NCBI GenBank assembly: GCA_046757025.1
Contig: JBHHXN010000049.1
Coordinates: 1 to 32,038 of the forward strand
Direction of reading: 5' to 3'
Length of the DNA stretch: 32,038 nt
Source of the DNA: a bacterium
GTDB lineage: Bacteria; Zhuqueibacterota; Zhuqueibacteria; Oceanimicrobiales; Oceanimicrobiaceae
Under the pieces are notes generated by a model that was given only the letters and a program-made list of their open reading frames with translations, did no database searches and was not told the origin of the DNA. Numbering within the stretch: position 1 is the stretch's first letter; every line of letters starts with the position of its first letter. The translations under genes and the position numbers were made by a program. This document shows, piece after piece, positions 1-8,946 of this stretch.

Positions 1-2563
1 CATTGGATTGCACCAGGGCGCTTTTGGTGAATGCCAGGTCCGCTTCCGAAATCCCTTCACGATATTTGGTGATTTCGTCTTTGAAAATCTGCATGGATTC
101 AAAGGTCGCATTGGAGCGAACCCCGGCCGAAGCCGTGAACGCGCCACGGAAGTGGGTGCCGCGAAAGCCGGAGCGCGCGCCGTATGTAAAGCCTTTTTCT
201 TCTCGCAGAATGAGATTTAATATGCCGTTGAAACTGCCTCCCAATTTGTAATTCATTACAGTTGCCGCGTAATAATCGGGGTCGGTATACGGCAGAGCGA
301 GATACCCGATGCGAATTTGCGATTGCTTGGCCTTCGGCATATCCACAAAATAGAGTGTGGCTTTTTCAGGATCCGCAGGATAGGCGTACTCTGGAAATTT
401 CACCTCTTTTGCCGCCCACTTTTGCTCCAACGAGGCAAAGAGCTTCTGAGCGGCTTTTTTGGAAAGGTCACCGGCAATCGACACAAAGGATACCGAAGGC
501 GAAAAATTCTTTTCATAGTAGTTTTTCAAATCGTCGATGGTAATTTTTTCGACACTTTGCGGGGTACCCAGAGTCGAATGCGACAGAATGTTCTCTTTTC
601 CATACAGCAGTTTGTTAAAAACATTGCTTGCCACTACCGAAGGATTGACGTTTCTGCGGTTGATGTTTTCGATGGTCTCTTTTTTGATTCTGGCAAACTC
701 CTTTTCATCCCAGCGCGGCTGCAGCAATATTTCTTCAAAGAGTTCATAGACTTTGCCGAGATTTTTTGTCAGCGTATTCACACGAATGACGATGGATTCC
801 TTGGTAGTAAACATGTTGATTCGGGCGCCTAGATTGTCGATGGCTTCTTCCAATTCTACCGGCGTTTTGTTTTTAGTCCCTTCCATCATCATGTCGGTCA
901 TCAAATTGGCCACGCCCACTTTTTCCATGTCATCTAACAACATACCGCCTTTCAGGGTCAGTGAAAACTGCACCAATGGCAGCTCACTGTGCTCGATGCC
1001 ATACATTTTTAAGCCGTTTTTCAGGTCGTGGGTCCACACTTCTGGTAAAGTAATTTCGGGATCGGGGCCTTTGGGCGGCTCTACCGTGCGATCGAAACTG
1101 GTGGGGATTTTTTCGACCTTCATGGCCGTGGTTTTGGTTTCTTTCTCAGGAGCTTCGGTGGCCTTTTCAATGGCCTCTTCCACCACAGGAAAGCGTTCCG
1201 AATTTTCAGCTACCAGGTCCACTTTTCCTTTTGGAACGAAGCTGGTCAAAACAAAATTTTTGCCTTTTAAATATTGATTATAAACCCGCCAAACATCCTC
1301 TTTGGTGACGTCGAGTGAATATTGAATATCTTTGGTGATGAAATCCGGCGTACCTGCATATTCGTTATAACTGGCCAATTGAAATGACTTGCTCAGGATG
1401 CTGGCAATGCCGTTATAAAAATTGGTTTCGGTTTTGGCTTTGATGCGATTCAGATCGTTTTCCGTGAAGCCATCCTTCTCGAATTTTTCCAACGCCGTAA
1501 AAATGGCCTTTTCCACCTCGCTTAAATTCGTCTTGGGAAAGGCCCGGATGCGGAAACGAAAATCGCCGGCGATTTCACTGCTGTTTTGGTAAGCCGAAAC
1601 CGAAGGCGCCAATTTGAGATCTTCCACGATGACTTTGTACAGCGGCGCTTTTTTGCCGTCGGAAAGCAGATCACCGAGTAAATCCAGAGCGTAGGCATCT
1701 TTATGGTAACTCTGAACCGTGGGATAAACCATGGTTAACTCCGGCGACCGAGCAAAGTTATCTTCATGAAACGCGCGTTTAGTTTCCGTCAGATTCACAG
1801 GCATCGGAGAGGGATCCGCCGGCTTGGGTCCCGATTTGATTTCGCCAAAATATTTATCGATCCATTTTTTGGTCTGCTCTTCATCGAAATCGCCCGCCAC
1901 CACCAGGGTGGCGTTGTTGGGATTGTACCATTTTTTATGAAAATTGCGAATATCTTCGATGGTGGCGTTTTTCAGGTCCTGAAAGGAACCGATGACCTGC
2001 CAGTTGTAAGGGTGATTGTCGGGATAAAGCAATTTGTGGATGACGTAGTTGGTGTGCCCATAAGGCACGTTATCCACTCGTTGCCGTTTTTCATTTTGCA
2101 CAACTTCCTGCTGATTTTCAAAGGCCTCCTGGGTAACCGTGCTTAAAAGATAGCCCATGCGGTCCGACTCCAGCCACAAAACCATTTCCAGCACGTTTTT
2201 AGGGACCACTTCAAAATAAATAGTGCCATCTTCCCAGGTGCCGCCGTTTAAGGTACCGCCCGCCCCTTGAATTTTTTTGAAAAATTGATCCTGTCCCACA
2301 TGCTGTGACTCCTGGAACAACATGTGTTCAAACAAATGCGCAAAACCCGTGCGGCCTTTTTCTTCTCGATTAGAACCCACGTGGAACAGAATGGCCACAG
2401 AGGTAATGGGATCCGACCGATCCTCGTGCAAAACCACTTCCAGTCCGTTCTTCAACACATATTTTTCATAATCGATCTTGAATGAGGTCTCATTTTGCGC
2501 AAAACCGTTTACAACCAGAAACAAAACACATAAAGTCACGATCATCAATGCATGTTTTCTCAT
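1..2563 (-). CDS. M16B family zinc peptidase (insulinase/pitrilysin-like), exported; 3' end runs off the window
   Basis: Parts translated by hand from ATG at 2563: MRKHALMIVTLCVLFLVVNGFAQ (signal peptide)...HVGSNREEKGRTGFAHLFEHMLF (HxxEH)...LWLESDRMG, and LREEKGFTYGARS (M16 C-terminal R/Y motif) near position 190. The frame is consistent to the window edge. AGGAGG RBS lies upstream. Absent from the ORF track, consistent with no stop codon inside the window. Confidence 0.93.
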   Translation of the reverse strand, partial: MRKHALMIVTLCVLFLVVNGFAQNETSFKIDYEKYVLKNGLEVVLHEDRSDPITSVAILFHVGSNREEKGRTGFAHLFEHMLFQESQHVGQDQFFKKIQGAGGTLNGGTWEDGTIYFEVVPKNVLEMVLWLESDRMGYLLSTVTQEAFENQQEVVQNEKRQRVDNVPYGHTNYVIHKLLYPDNHPYNWQVIGSFQDLKNATIEDIRNFHKKWYNPNNATLVVAGDFDEEQTKKWIDKYFGEIKSGPKPADPSPMPVNLTETKRAFHEDNFARSPELTMVYPTVQSYHKDAYALDLLGDLLSDGKKAPLYKVIVEDLKLAPSVSAYQNSSEIAGDFRFRIRAFPKTNLSEVEKAIFTALEKFEKDGFTENDLNRIKAKTETNFYNGIASILSKSFQLASYNEYAGTPDFITKDIQYSLDVTKEDVWRVYNQYLKGKNFVLTSFVPKGKVDLVAENSERFPVVEEAIEKATEAPEKETKTTAMKVEKIPTSFDRTVEPPKGPDPEITLPEVWTHDLKNGLKMYGIEHSELPLVQFSLTLKGGMLLDDMEKVGVANLMTDMMMEGTKNKTPVELEEAIDNLGARINMFTTKESIVIRVNTLTKNLGKVYELFEEILLQPRWDEKEFARIKKETIENINRRNVNPSVVASNVFNKLLYGKENILSHSTLGTPQSVEKITIDDLKNYYEKNFSPSVSFVSIAGDLSKKAAQKLFASLEQKWAAKEVKFPEYAYPADPEKATLYFVDMPKAKQSQIRIGYLALPYTDPDYYAATVMNYKLGGSFNGILNLILREEKGFTYGARSGFRGTHFRGAFTASAGVRSNATFESMQIFKDEITKYREGISEADLAFTKSALVQSN

Positions 2564-2597
2564 AATGCCTCCTGATTTTTTATTGATTAATTTTGAA

Positions 2598-2626
2598 AAT
2601 GTAACCAATTATTCATTGGCAATCAA
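2598..2626 (-). promoter_or_regulatory. Candidate sigma70 promoter for the left M16 gene
   Basis: Minus strand TTGATT-N17-TACATT in the AT-rich divergent intergenic region. Confidence 0.4.
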
Positions 2627-2798
2627 CCAAATTTTTCAATATATTGCTTTGTCACCAATTTGAAACTAATTGCGAAAAAGAACGTTTATGTGAGAGGTTC
2701 CAGCAACCGATCCTGAATTATCTCAAAAAATGAAAATTACTTTTCATTATCTCACTTATCCACATCATTAACCATCTTTTTTAGGGAGGAATACCCAG

Positions 2799-5639
2799 AT
2801 GAACAAATTCATTTTATTTACCTATCTTTTCATGTTAATTGCAACAGGAGGTACCATGGCCAATGACGATGCCGGCGCATCCAAAATTTTTCCGTACAAA
2901 TACGAAATGCGGGATCTGGACAACGGCCTGAGGGTTATCGTGATTCCCACGGATTATCCAAACATTGTGGCCTTGCAAATCCCGGTGCAAACGGGCTCCC
3001 GTAACGAGGTGGAGCCAGGCAAATCGGGTTTCGCGCACTTTTTTGAGCACATGATGTTTCGCGGAACAGAAAACTACTCAAATGAGGAGTATAACGAAAT
3101 CCTGAAAAATGCCGGCGCCGACCAGAACGCCTGGACTTCCGACGACATGACCAATTACCACATCACCTTTTCGAAAGAGGACCTGGAAACGGTGTTAAAG
3201 TTGGAGGCGGATCGTTTTCAAAATCTCAAATATTCGGTGGAAGATTTTAAAACCGAATCGAAAGCCGTGCTCGGAGAGTATAACAAAAATTCCGCTAATC
3301 CCGTCCGCAAGCTCATCGAAGTGCAGCGCAATGCCGCCTACCAGAATCATACCTACAAGCACACCACCATGGGCTTCATCAAGGACATCGAGGACATGCC
3401 GAACCAGTACGAGTACAGTCTGAAATTTTTCGACCGCTATTACCGACCGGAAAAAGTCATCATCATTCTTGCCGGCGATCTGGACCCGGGCCAGACTTTT
3501 AAGCTGGTGGAAAAATACTGGGGCAAATGGCAGAAAGGCAGCTACTCAGCCGAGATTCCACAAGAAACCGAGTACCGCGGTCCCATTCATGAACACGTGG
3601 AATGGGAGTCGCCCACCCTGCCCTGGATCACGGTAGCCTTTCACGGGCCGGCTTTTTCTGAAACCGAAAATGATATGGCCGCCATGGACGTCATTCAAAG
3701 TCTGGCCTTTTCTTCCAGCTCTCCGCTTTACCAAAAATTAGTGGTGAAAGAGCAAAAAGTCGATCAGTTTTTCCCCTATTTTCCGGACCACTTCGATCCC
3801 TACTTGCTCACGGTTTTTGCACGCGTAAAAAACATCGCAGACATCTGGTACGTGCGCGATGAAATCCTTAAAGAGTTTGCGAAATGGCGCACAGAACCTG
3901 TTTCGGCAAAAAAATTAGCCGAGATCAAGGGGAATTTAAAATACTCATTCGCGCAGCAAATGGACAACTCCGAATCCATTGCCAGCGCGCTGGTGGGGTA
4001 TGTGGCACGCACGCGCGATCCTGAAACCATCAACCGAGTTTACCAACTTTATGATTCCATCACCGCGGAAGACATCCTAGAAAAAGCCAACCAGTACTAC
4101 ACAGACCAGCGCCTGGTGGTGACTTCCCTGGCGCACGAGGCCATGCCCGAAACCGCCAGCAAAACCGGCTCCATCGATGAGCTGGTCAATTCCGCCATGC
4201 AGGCGCCGCCGAAAATCGAATCCGTGCTCATGCGCAACGACTCCCCCATCATCAATTTTCGCATTTTATTCAAGGTCGGCGCGGCTCTGGACTCCGTCGG
4301 TCAGGAAGGCCTGGCGCAGTTGACCGCCGCCATGATCACCGACGCCGGCAGCAAGACCATGAAGTATGAGGAAATTCAAAAAGCCATGTTCCCTATGGCG
4401 GCGGGATTCGGCAACCAGATCGACAAAGAAATGACCGTTTTCATGGGTACCACACACAAGGACAATTTGAGCGCTTACTATGACATCATCTCCCAGCAGC
4501 TGCTCAACCCCGGCTGGGATGCGGACGATTTCACCCGCGTCAAAACCAACCTCATCAACGCCATCAAAGTCAATCTGCGCGGCAACAACGACGAAGAGCT
4601 CGGCAAAGAAGTGCTGTACGAAATGATCTATGCCCATCATCCGTACGGTCATCTGAATTACGGCCACGTGCAAGCCCTGGAAAAACTCACCCTGGACGAT
4701 GTTAAATCCTTTTACGAACAAAACTACACTCGTGCCAACCTCGTTCTGGGACTCGCCGGCAATTTCACAGAGGCTTTCCTGAACAAGGTTAATCGAGATC
4801 TGGCAAAACTGCCCGCGGGCTCACTTGCTAAAGTTGAACTAACAGAGCCCGAAAAAATCAACGGCTTTGAAGCGGAAATCATCCAGAAAGAAACCCGCTC
4901 TGTGGCGGTCTCCTTTGGATTTCCCATCGAAGTGACGCGCTCGCATCCCGATTTTACTGCGCTCTGGCTGGTGCGCTCCTACTTCGGCGAGCACCGCTCC
5001 TCCAACAGTCACCTGTACCAGCGCATCCGTGAAATTCGCGGCATGAACTACGGCGATTACGCATATATCGAGTACTTTCCGCGCGGCATGTTTCAGTTTC
5101 ACCCGGACGCGAATTTAGGCCGGCAGCAGCAAATCTTCCAGGTCTGGATTCGGCCGGTGGAATCCAACCAGCATGCGCACTTCGCTACCCGCGTGGCCAT
5201 GTACGAATTGCACAAGCTGATCGATGAAGGCATGAGTCAGGCCGATTTCGAAGCGACCAAAAATTATCTGCTGAAGTTTGTGAACATTCTCACCAAATCG
5301 CAGAACCGCCAGTTGGGATATGCCATGGACAGCCGCTACTACGGCATCGATGAATTCACCCAGTTTATTGTGGAAAATCTCAAGAAGCTGACGTTGAAGG
5401 ACGTCAACCGGACGATCAAGAAACACCTGCAGGATAAAAACATCAAATTTGCATTCATCACCAAAGATGCGGAAGATTTGAGAAAGCGGCTGGTGGAGAA
5501 CACCCCTTCTACCATGACTTACCAGTCGGAGAAGCCCAAAGAGCTATTGGACGAGGATAAAATCATCCAGGATTACAAACTGAATTTTAAAGCGGAGAAA
5601 GTAAAAATTCGGCCGGTGGAGGAAGTGTTTGTGAAGTAA
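2799..5639 (+). CDS. M16B family zinc peptidase, two-module fusion (active N-half, HxxEH-less C-half)
   Basis: 946 aa. GSRNEVEPGKSGFAHFFEHMMF (HxxEH), LEADRF, C-terminal RIREIRGMNYGDY. Hydrophobic N-terminus. GGAGG RBS at 2785-2789. Confidence 0.95.
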   Translation: MNKFILFTYLFMLIATGGTMANDDAGASKIFPYKYEMRDLDNGLRVIVIPTDYPNIVALQIPVQTGSRNEVEPGKSGFAHFFEHMMFRGTENYSNEEYNEILKNAGADQNAWTSDDMTNYHITFSKEDLETVLKLEADRFQNLKYSVEDFKTESKAVLGEYNKNSANPVRKLIEVQRNAAYQNHTYKHTTMGFIKDIEDMPNQYEYSLKFFDRYYRPEKVIIILAGDLDPGQTFKLVEKYWGKWQKGSYSAEIPQETEYRGPIHEHVEWESPTLPWITVAFHGPAFSETENDMAAMDVIQSLAFSSSSPLYQKLVVKEQKVDQFFPYFPDHFDPYLLTVFARVKNIADIWYVRDEILKEFAKWRTEPVSAKKLAEIKGNLKYSFAQQMDNSESIASALVGYVARTRDPETINRVYQLYDSITAEDILEKANQYYTDQRLVVTSLAHEAMPETASKTGSIDELVNSAMQAPPKIESVLMRNDSPIINFRILFKVGAALDSVGQEGLAQLTAAMITDAGSKTMKYEEIQKAMFPMAAGFGNQIDKEMTVFMGTTHKDNLSAYYDIISQQLLNPGWDADDFTRVKTNLINAIKVNLRGNNDEELGKEVLYEMIYAHHPYGHLNYGHVQALEKLTLDDVKSFYEQNYTRANLVLGLAGNFTEAFLNKVNRDLAKLPAGSLAKVELTEPEKINGFEAEIIQKETRSVAVSFGFPIEVTRSHPDFTALWLVRSYFGEHRSSNSHLYQRIREIRGMNYGDYAYIEYFPRGMFQFHPDANLGRQQQIFQVWIRPVESNQHAHFATRVAMYELHKLIDEGMSQADFEATKNYLLKFVNILTKSQNRQLGYAMDSRYYGIDEFTQFIVENLKKLTLKDVNRTIKKHLQDKNIKFAFITKDAEDLRKRLVENTPSTMTYQSEKPKELLDEDKIIQDYKLNFKAEKVKIRPVEEVFVK

Positions 5640-5698
5640 CAAATGGCTTTGTGGGGCAGTTTAGTATTGCTCTACATCGTTCCGCAATTAGAATTTTT

Positions 5699-5744
5699 AA
5701 AAAACCCAGCTCCTGGGCGGCAACCAACCACCAGGAGCTTTTTT
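5699..5744. terminator. Intrinsic terminator between convergent genes, probably bidirectional
   Basis: AGCTCCTGG (5708-5716) and CCAGGAGCT (5731-5739) form a perfect inverted repeat, followed by a T-run and preceded by an A-run. Confidence 0.75.
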
Positions 5745-8700
5745 CAACTAAACAGCACCTCAATATCCTCTGCCGTCAACTGCTTGAACAATCCCGCGTC
5801 GGTGGTGATGATGCTGGAGACCAGTTCTTTTTTCCGTTCCTGTAATTGCATGATCTTTTCCTCCACCGTGTCTTTGGCGATCATCTTGTACACAAACACG
5901 TGTTTGTCCTGGCCAATGCGGTGCGTGCGGTCGGTGGCCTGGGCTTCCACAGCCGGGTTCCACCAGGGGTCGTAGTGAATGACGTAATCCGCCGCCGTGA
6001 GATTTAAGCCGGTACCGCCGGCGCGTAAACTGATGAGGAAGATTTTACAGGTTTTGTCGGTTTGGAAGCGCTCGACACAGCTCTTGCGATCACGGGTTTT
6101 GCCGTCGAGATATTCGTATGGAATGCGGGCGGAATCGAGATATTTTCGAATGATGGTCAGCATTCTGACGAATTGCGAAAAGACCAGCATTTTATGATCC
6201 TCTGCCAAAATCTCTTCAACATATTCGATGAGCGTGTCGTATTTTCCCACTTTCGACGGAAATTCTTTCTCCACCAAAAGCGGATGGCAGGCAATTTGCC
6301 GGAGTTTTGTCAGCCCTTCAAGCACGTTCATGCGGGATTTATCCAGTCCCACGTCCTCGATTTGTTTGAGGAGGGCGGCGCGATAATAATCCCGCCACTG
6401 CTTGTAGATTTTTTCCTGCTGCGGCGACATTTCACAGTAAATGACGTTTTCCACTTTTGGCGGTAGGTCTTTTTCCACTTCATCTTTGGTTCGGCGCAGC
6501 AAAAAAGGAAACACGATTTTTCGCAAGAGCTCAGCCGTATTCTGATCGCGATTTTTCTCGATGGGTTTGGCAAACGCGCCTTTGAAGTAGTTCAAATTGC
6601 CCAGCAAACCGGGATTTAAAAAGGAAAACAAAGACCACAGTTCGATGGTGGTGTTTTCTACCGGCGTACCGGTGAGCGCCAGCCGGTGCTGACTCTTGAG
6701 CAATTTAACGGCTTTCGCAGTTTGCGAAAGGGGATTCTTTATGTACTGTGACTCATCCAAAATGACGTAGTGAAATTGCACGTCCTTTAAAAAAAATATG
6801 TCCCGCCGCAGGGTACCGTAACTAGTAAGAATGATTTCGTAGTCCTGATAATTTTTAGTGGTACGTTCGCGATCGCTGCCGGTCTGGTTGTATACGCGCA
6901 GAGAGGGTGCGAAGCGTTGTATTTCATCGAGCCAGTTAAAAATCACCGAAGTGGGTGCGACGATGAGACTGGGTTGTTTTGCCCCGTTTTGATAGCATGC
7001 CAACAAGATTGTCAGTGCCTGGACGGTTTTGCCCAGGCCCATATCGTCAGCCAGGCAGCCGCCAAACTGGAAATCCTTCAGAAAATACAGCCACTCGAAG
7101 CCGGATTTCTGGTAGGGTCGCAGCTCGCCTTTCAGGGTGTCAGGTGTTGGCATGGGCTGGATGTTTTCAAACGTTTTTAATTGCTGCAGCTTATGGTAAA
7201 ATCTTTTATCAAAATTCTTTTGGCTGGCTTCGGCAAAAAGTTCGTCGATCAAAGTGACATGAAAACTGGAGAGTTTCAGCCGGTCTTTTTCTTCTTCGGA
7301 AAGATTCATAACATGCCGAAAGCGATCGAGCCACGATTTGGGCAGATGCGCGGTGCTGCCGTCTGCAAGTTTCACATAGGGACTTTTTTGTTTGAGCGCT
7401 TTTTTCAATTCTTTTAAGGAGAGCAAAATCCCGTCAAAATCGATCTCCACGTTCAAATCGAACCAGTCGATGCCGGATTCTACCGATACCCGCACCTGTG
7501 CGGTGGAGCGATTAACCTTGAAGCGATTGAGATTTTCCTCGCCGAAAATCACGAACCCCCTGGCGGTTAGCGGAGGGATTTCGGTCATCAACCATTCCAG
7601 GGTTTTATTTTTGCGCGTCAATATGCGGCCGTCGGAGGTCATTTTCACGTTGGTGCTCTGAAGCAGTTGCAGCGCCGCCGCTTCCTCCTCGAAATTGCGC
7701 ACCACTTTCACGAAACTGTTAGCTTTTTCACCGGTACCCCACAAAGCCCGCCGGGAATCATGCAAATCCACCTCGACTGGGCCGTAACAGAACCTCAAAT
7801 TGACTATCACGCTGTCTTCAAGTTCATTCAAATAAAGTCGTTTTTCAGTAATTTCATCGGTGGTATTTGTTTTAGCGCCCTCTGGCAACTGCAGATTTTC
7901 AAACAAATCCAACTGTGAAGTAACGAGACTGAGAAATTGCGGCATATCTTCTTTAGGAATGGTGACGTCGTATTCACTGCGGGTAAAAGGAATCAAACAA
8001 GCTGCGTTGTTCATGCCGGTAATTTCGATGAGGAGATCCTCCTTGAGAATCCATACTGGATCGCTGGACAAAACAAAATAATCCTCATTGAACGGGCTTT
8101 CGCTTTCGTTGAAAAGAAGAAAGGGAAACAATTTGGTTTGGTCGTTATCTTTCTGCATACGAAACTGGATTTGCGCTTTCTGTTCTGCAAATTTTAACGG
8201 GCGGGTGGTTCCGTCTTTTTTCTGCAAAAAACACAGACTCTGGCGCAACAGACTAAAAACCGCACCCACTTTCTCGCCGCATCGAAAAGAATGAAGGTTA
8301 TCGTAATAGTGAAAGCCGTATAAGTAGGAGGACCTCCAATTATTTAAAAAGCTCATGACCATTTTATCGTTACTGGTTTGAGCAAATTTGTCTTCAGCCG
8401 ATTCGTAATTAGCAATGTGCTTGAACACGCCTAAAGAGCCATCTTTTTTTATCAGGGCTCTTTGGGGACTGAGATTCCAATTTGTCAGATCTTTTTTCAA
8501 CACATACAACAATCGCCAACGCCGCGATTCTGAATGAAGACCGGCCGGTTCGGGTTGAATTTGTGTGAAATAATGCTGCCAGCTATTTTGGTCACCCGGC
8601 TTTTGGGGATACTCCCCTGCTTTGTCATAATAATCTTTCGCAGTCAACAAAGCCGCCACGATGTGTTTGCAATCTGCCCAGTAGGGACAATTGCATTCTG

Positions 8701-8890
8701 CAAAATACCAGTCTCCGTCTTCGTCTGCCTCCACCTCAACCAGATAATCCTCAGTACCGGAAACAAAGGCTTTGAAATGATCGTGTTCGATCTCGATGAT
8801 TTGAACGCGGCCAGATTTGTAATAGTTGACACCGCGTGCGTAGATGCGATCTTCCACCAAATCGCGAATTTCTTCTTTTGAGATTTTCAT
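5744..8890 (-). CDS. SWIM zinc-finger SNF2/SWI2-family helicase (ATPase)
   Basis: N-terminal SWIM CNCPYWADCKH. Helicase motifs LADDMGLGKT, DESQ, LTGTP, SLRAGGTGLNL, WWNPAVEAQATDRTHRIGQ. Confidence 0.95.
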   Translation of the reverse strand: MKISKEEIRDLVEDRIYARGVNYYKSGRVQIIEIEHDHFKAFVSGTEDYLVEVEADEDGDWYFAECNCPYWADCKHIVAALLTAKDYYDKAGEYPQKPGDQNSWQHYFTQIQPEPAGLHSESRRWRLLYVLKKDLTNWNLSPQRALIKKDGSLGVFKHIANYESAEDKFAQTSNDKMVMSFLNNWRSSYLYGFHYYDNLHSFRCGEKVGAVFSLLRQSLCFLQKKDGTTRPLKFAEQKAQIQFRMQKDNDQTKLFPFLLFNESESPFNEDYFVLSSDPVWILKEDLLIEITGMNNAACLIPFTRSEYDVTIPKEDMPQFLSLVTSQLDLFENLQLPEGAKTNTTDEITEKRLYLNELEDSVIVNLRFCYGPVEVDLHDSRRALWGTGEKANSFVKVVRNFEEEAAALQLLQSTNVKMTSDGRILTRKNKTLEWLMTEIPPLTARGFVIFGEENLNRFKVNRSTAQVRVSVESGIDWFDLNVEIDFDGILLSLKELKKALKQKSPYVKLADGSTAHLPKSWLDRFRHVMNLSEEEKDRLKLSSFHVTLIDELFAEASQKNFDKRFYHKLQQLKTFENIQPMPTPDTLKGELRPYQKSGFEWLYFLKDFQFGGCLADDMGLGKTVQALTILLACYQNGAKQPSLIVAPTSVIFNWLDEIQRFAPSLRVYNQTGSDRERTTKNYQDYEIILTSYGTLRRDIFFLKDVQFHYVILDESQYIKNPLSQTAKAVKLLKSQHRLALTGTPVENTTIELWSLFSFLNPGLLGNLNYFKGAFAKPIEKNRDQNTAELLRKIVFPFLLRRTKDEVEKDLPPKVENVIYCEMSPQQEKIYKQWRDYYRAALLKQIEDVGLDKSRMNVLEGLTKLRQIACHPLLVEKEFPSKVGKYDTLIEYVEEILAEDHKMLVFSQFVRMLTIIRKYLDSARIPYEYLDGKTRDRKSCVERFQTDKTCKIFLISLRAGGTGLNLTAADYVIHYDPWWNPAVEAQATDRTHRIGQDKHVFVYKMIAKDTVEEKIMQLQERKKELVSSIITTDAGLFKQLTAEDIEVLFS

Positions 8891-8946
8891 TTAAGGGGTA
8901 AATCCCGTATTCTCATAATTTTTAATAAACGAAATTAAATTGAAAT

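Noticed and set aside
3..2663. Several plus-strand ORFs (e.g. 317..832, 753..1277, 1766..2146)
   Set aside because: They are antisense shadows of the minus-strand M16 peptidase and carry no recognisable motifs.
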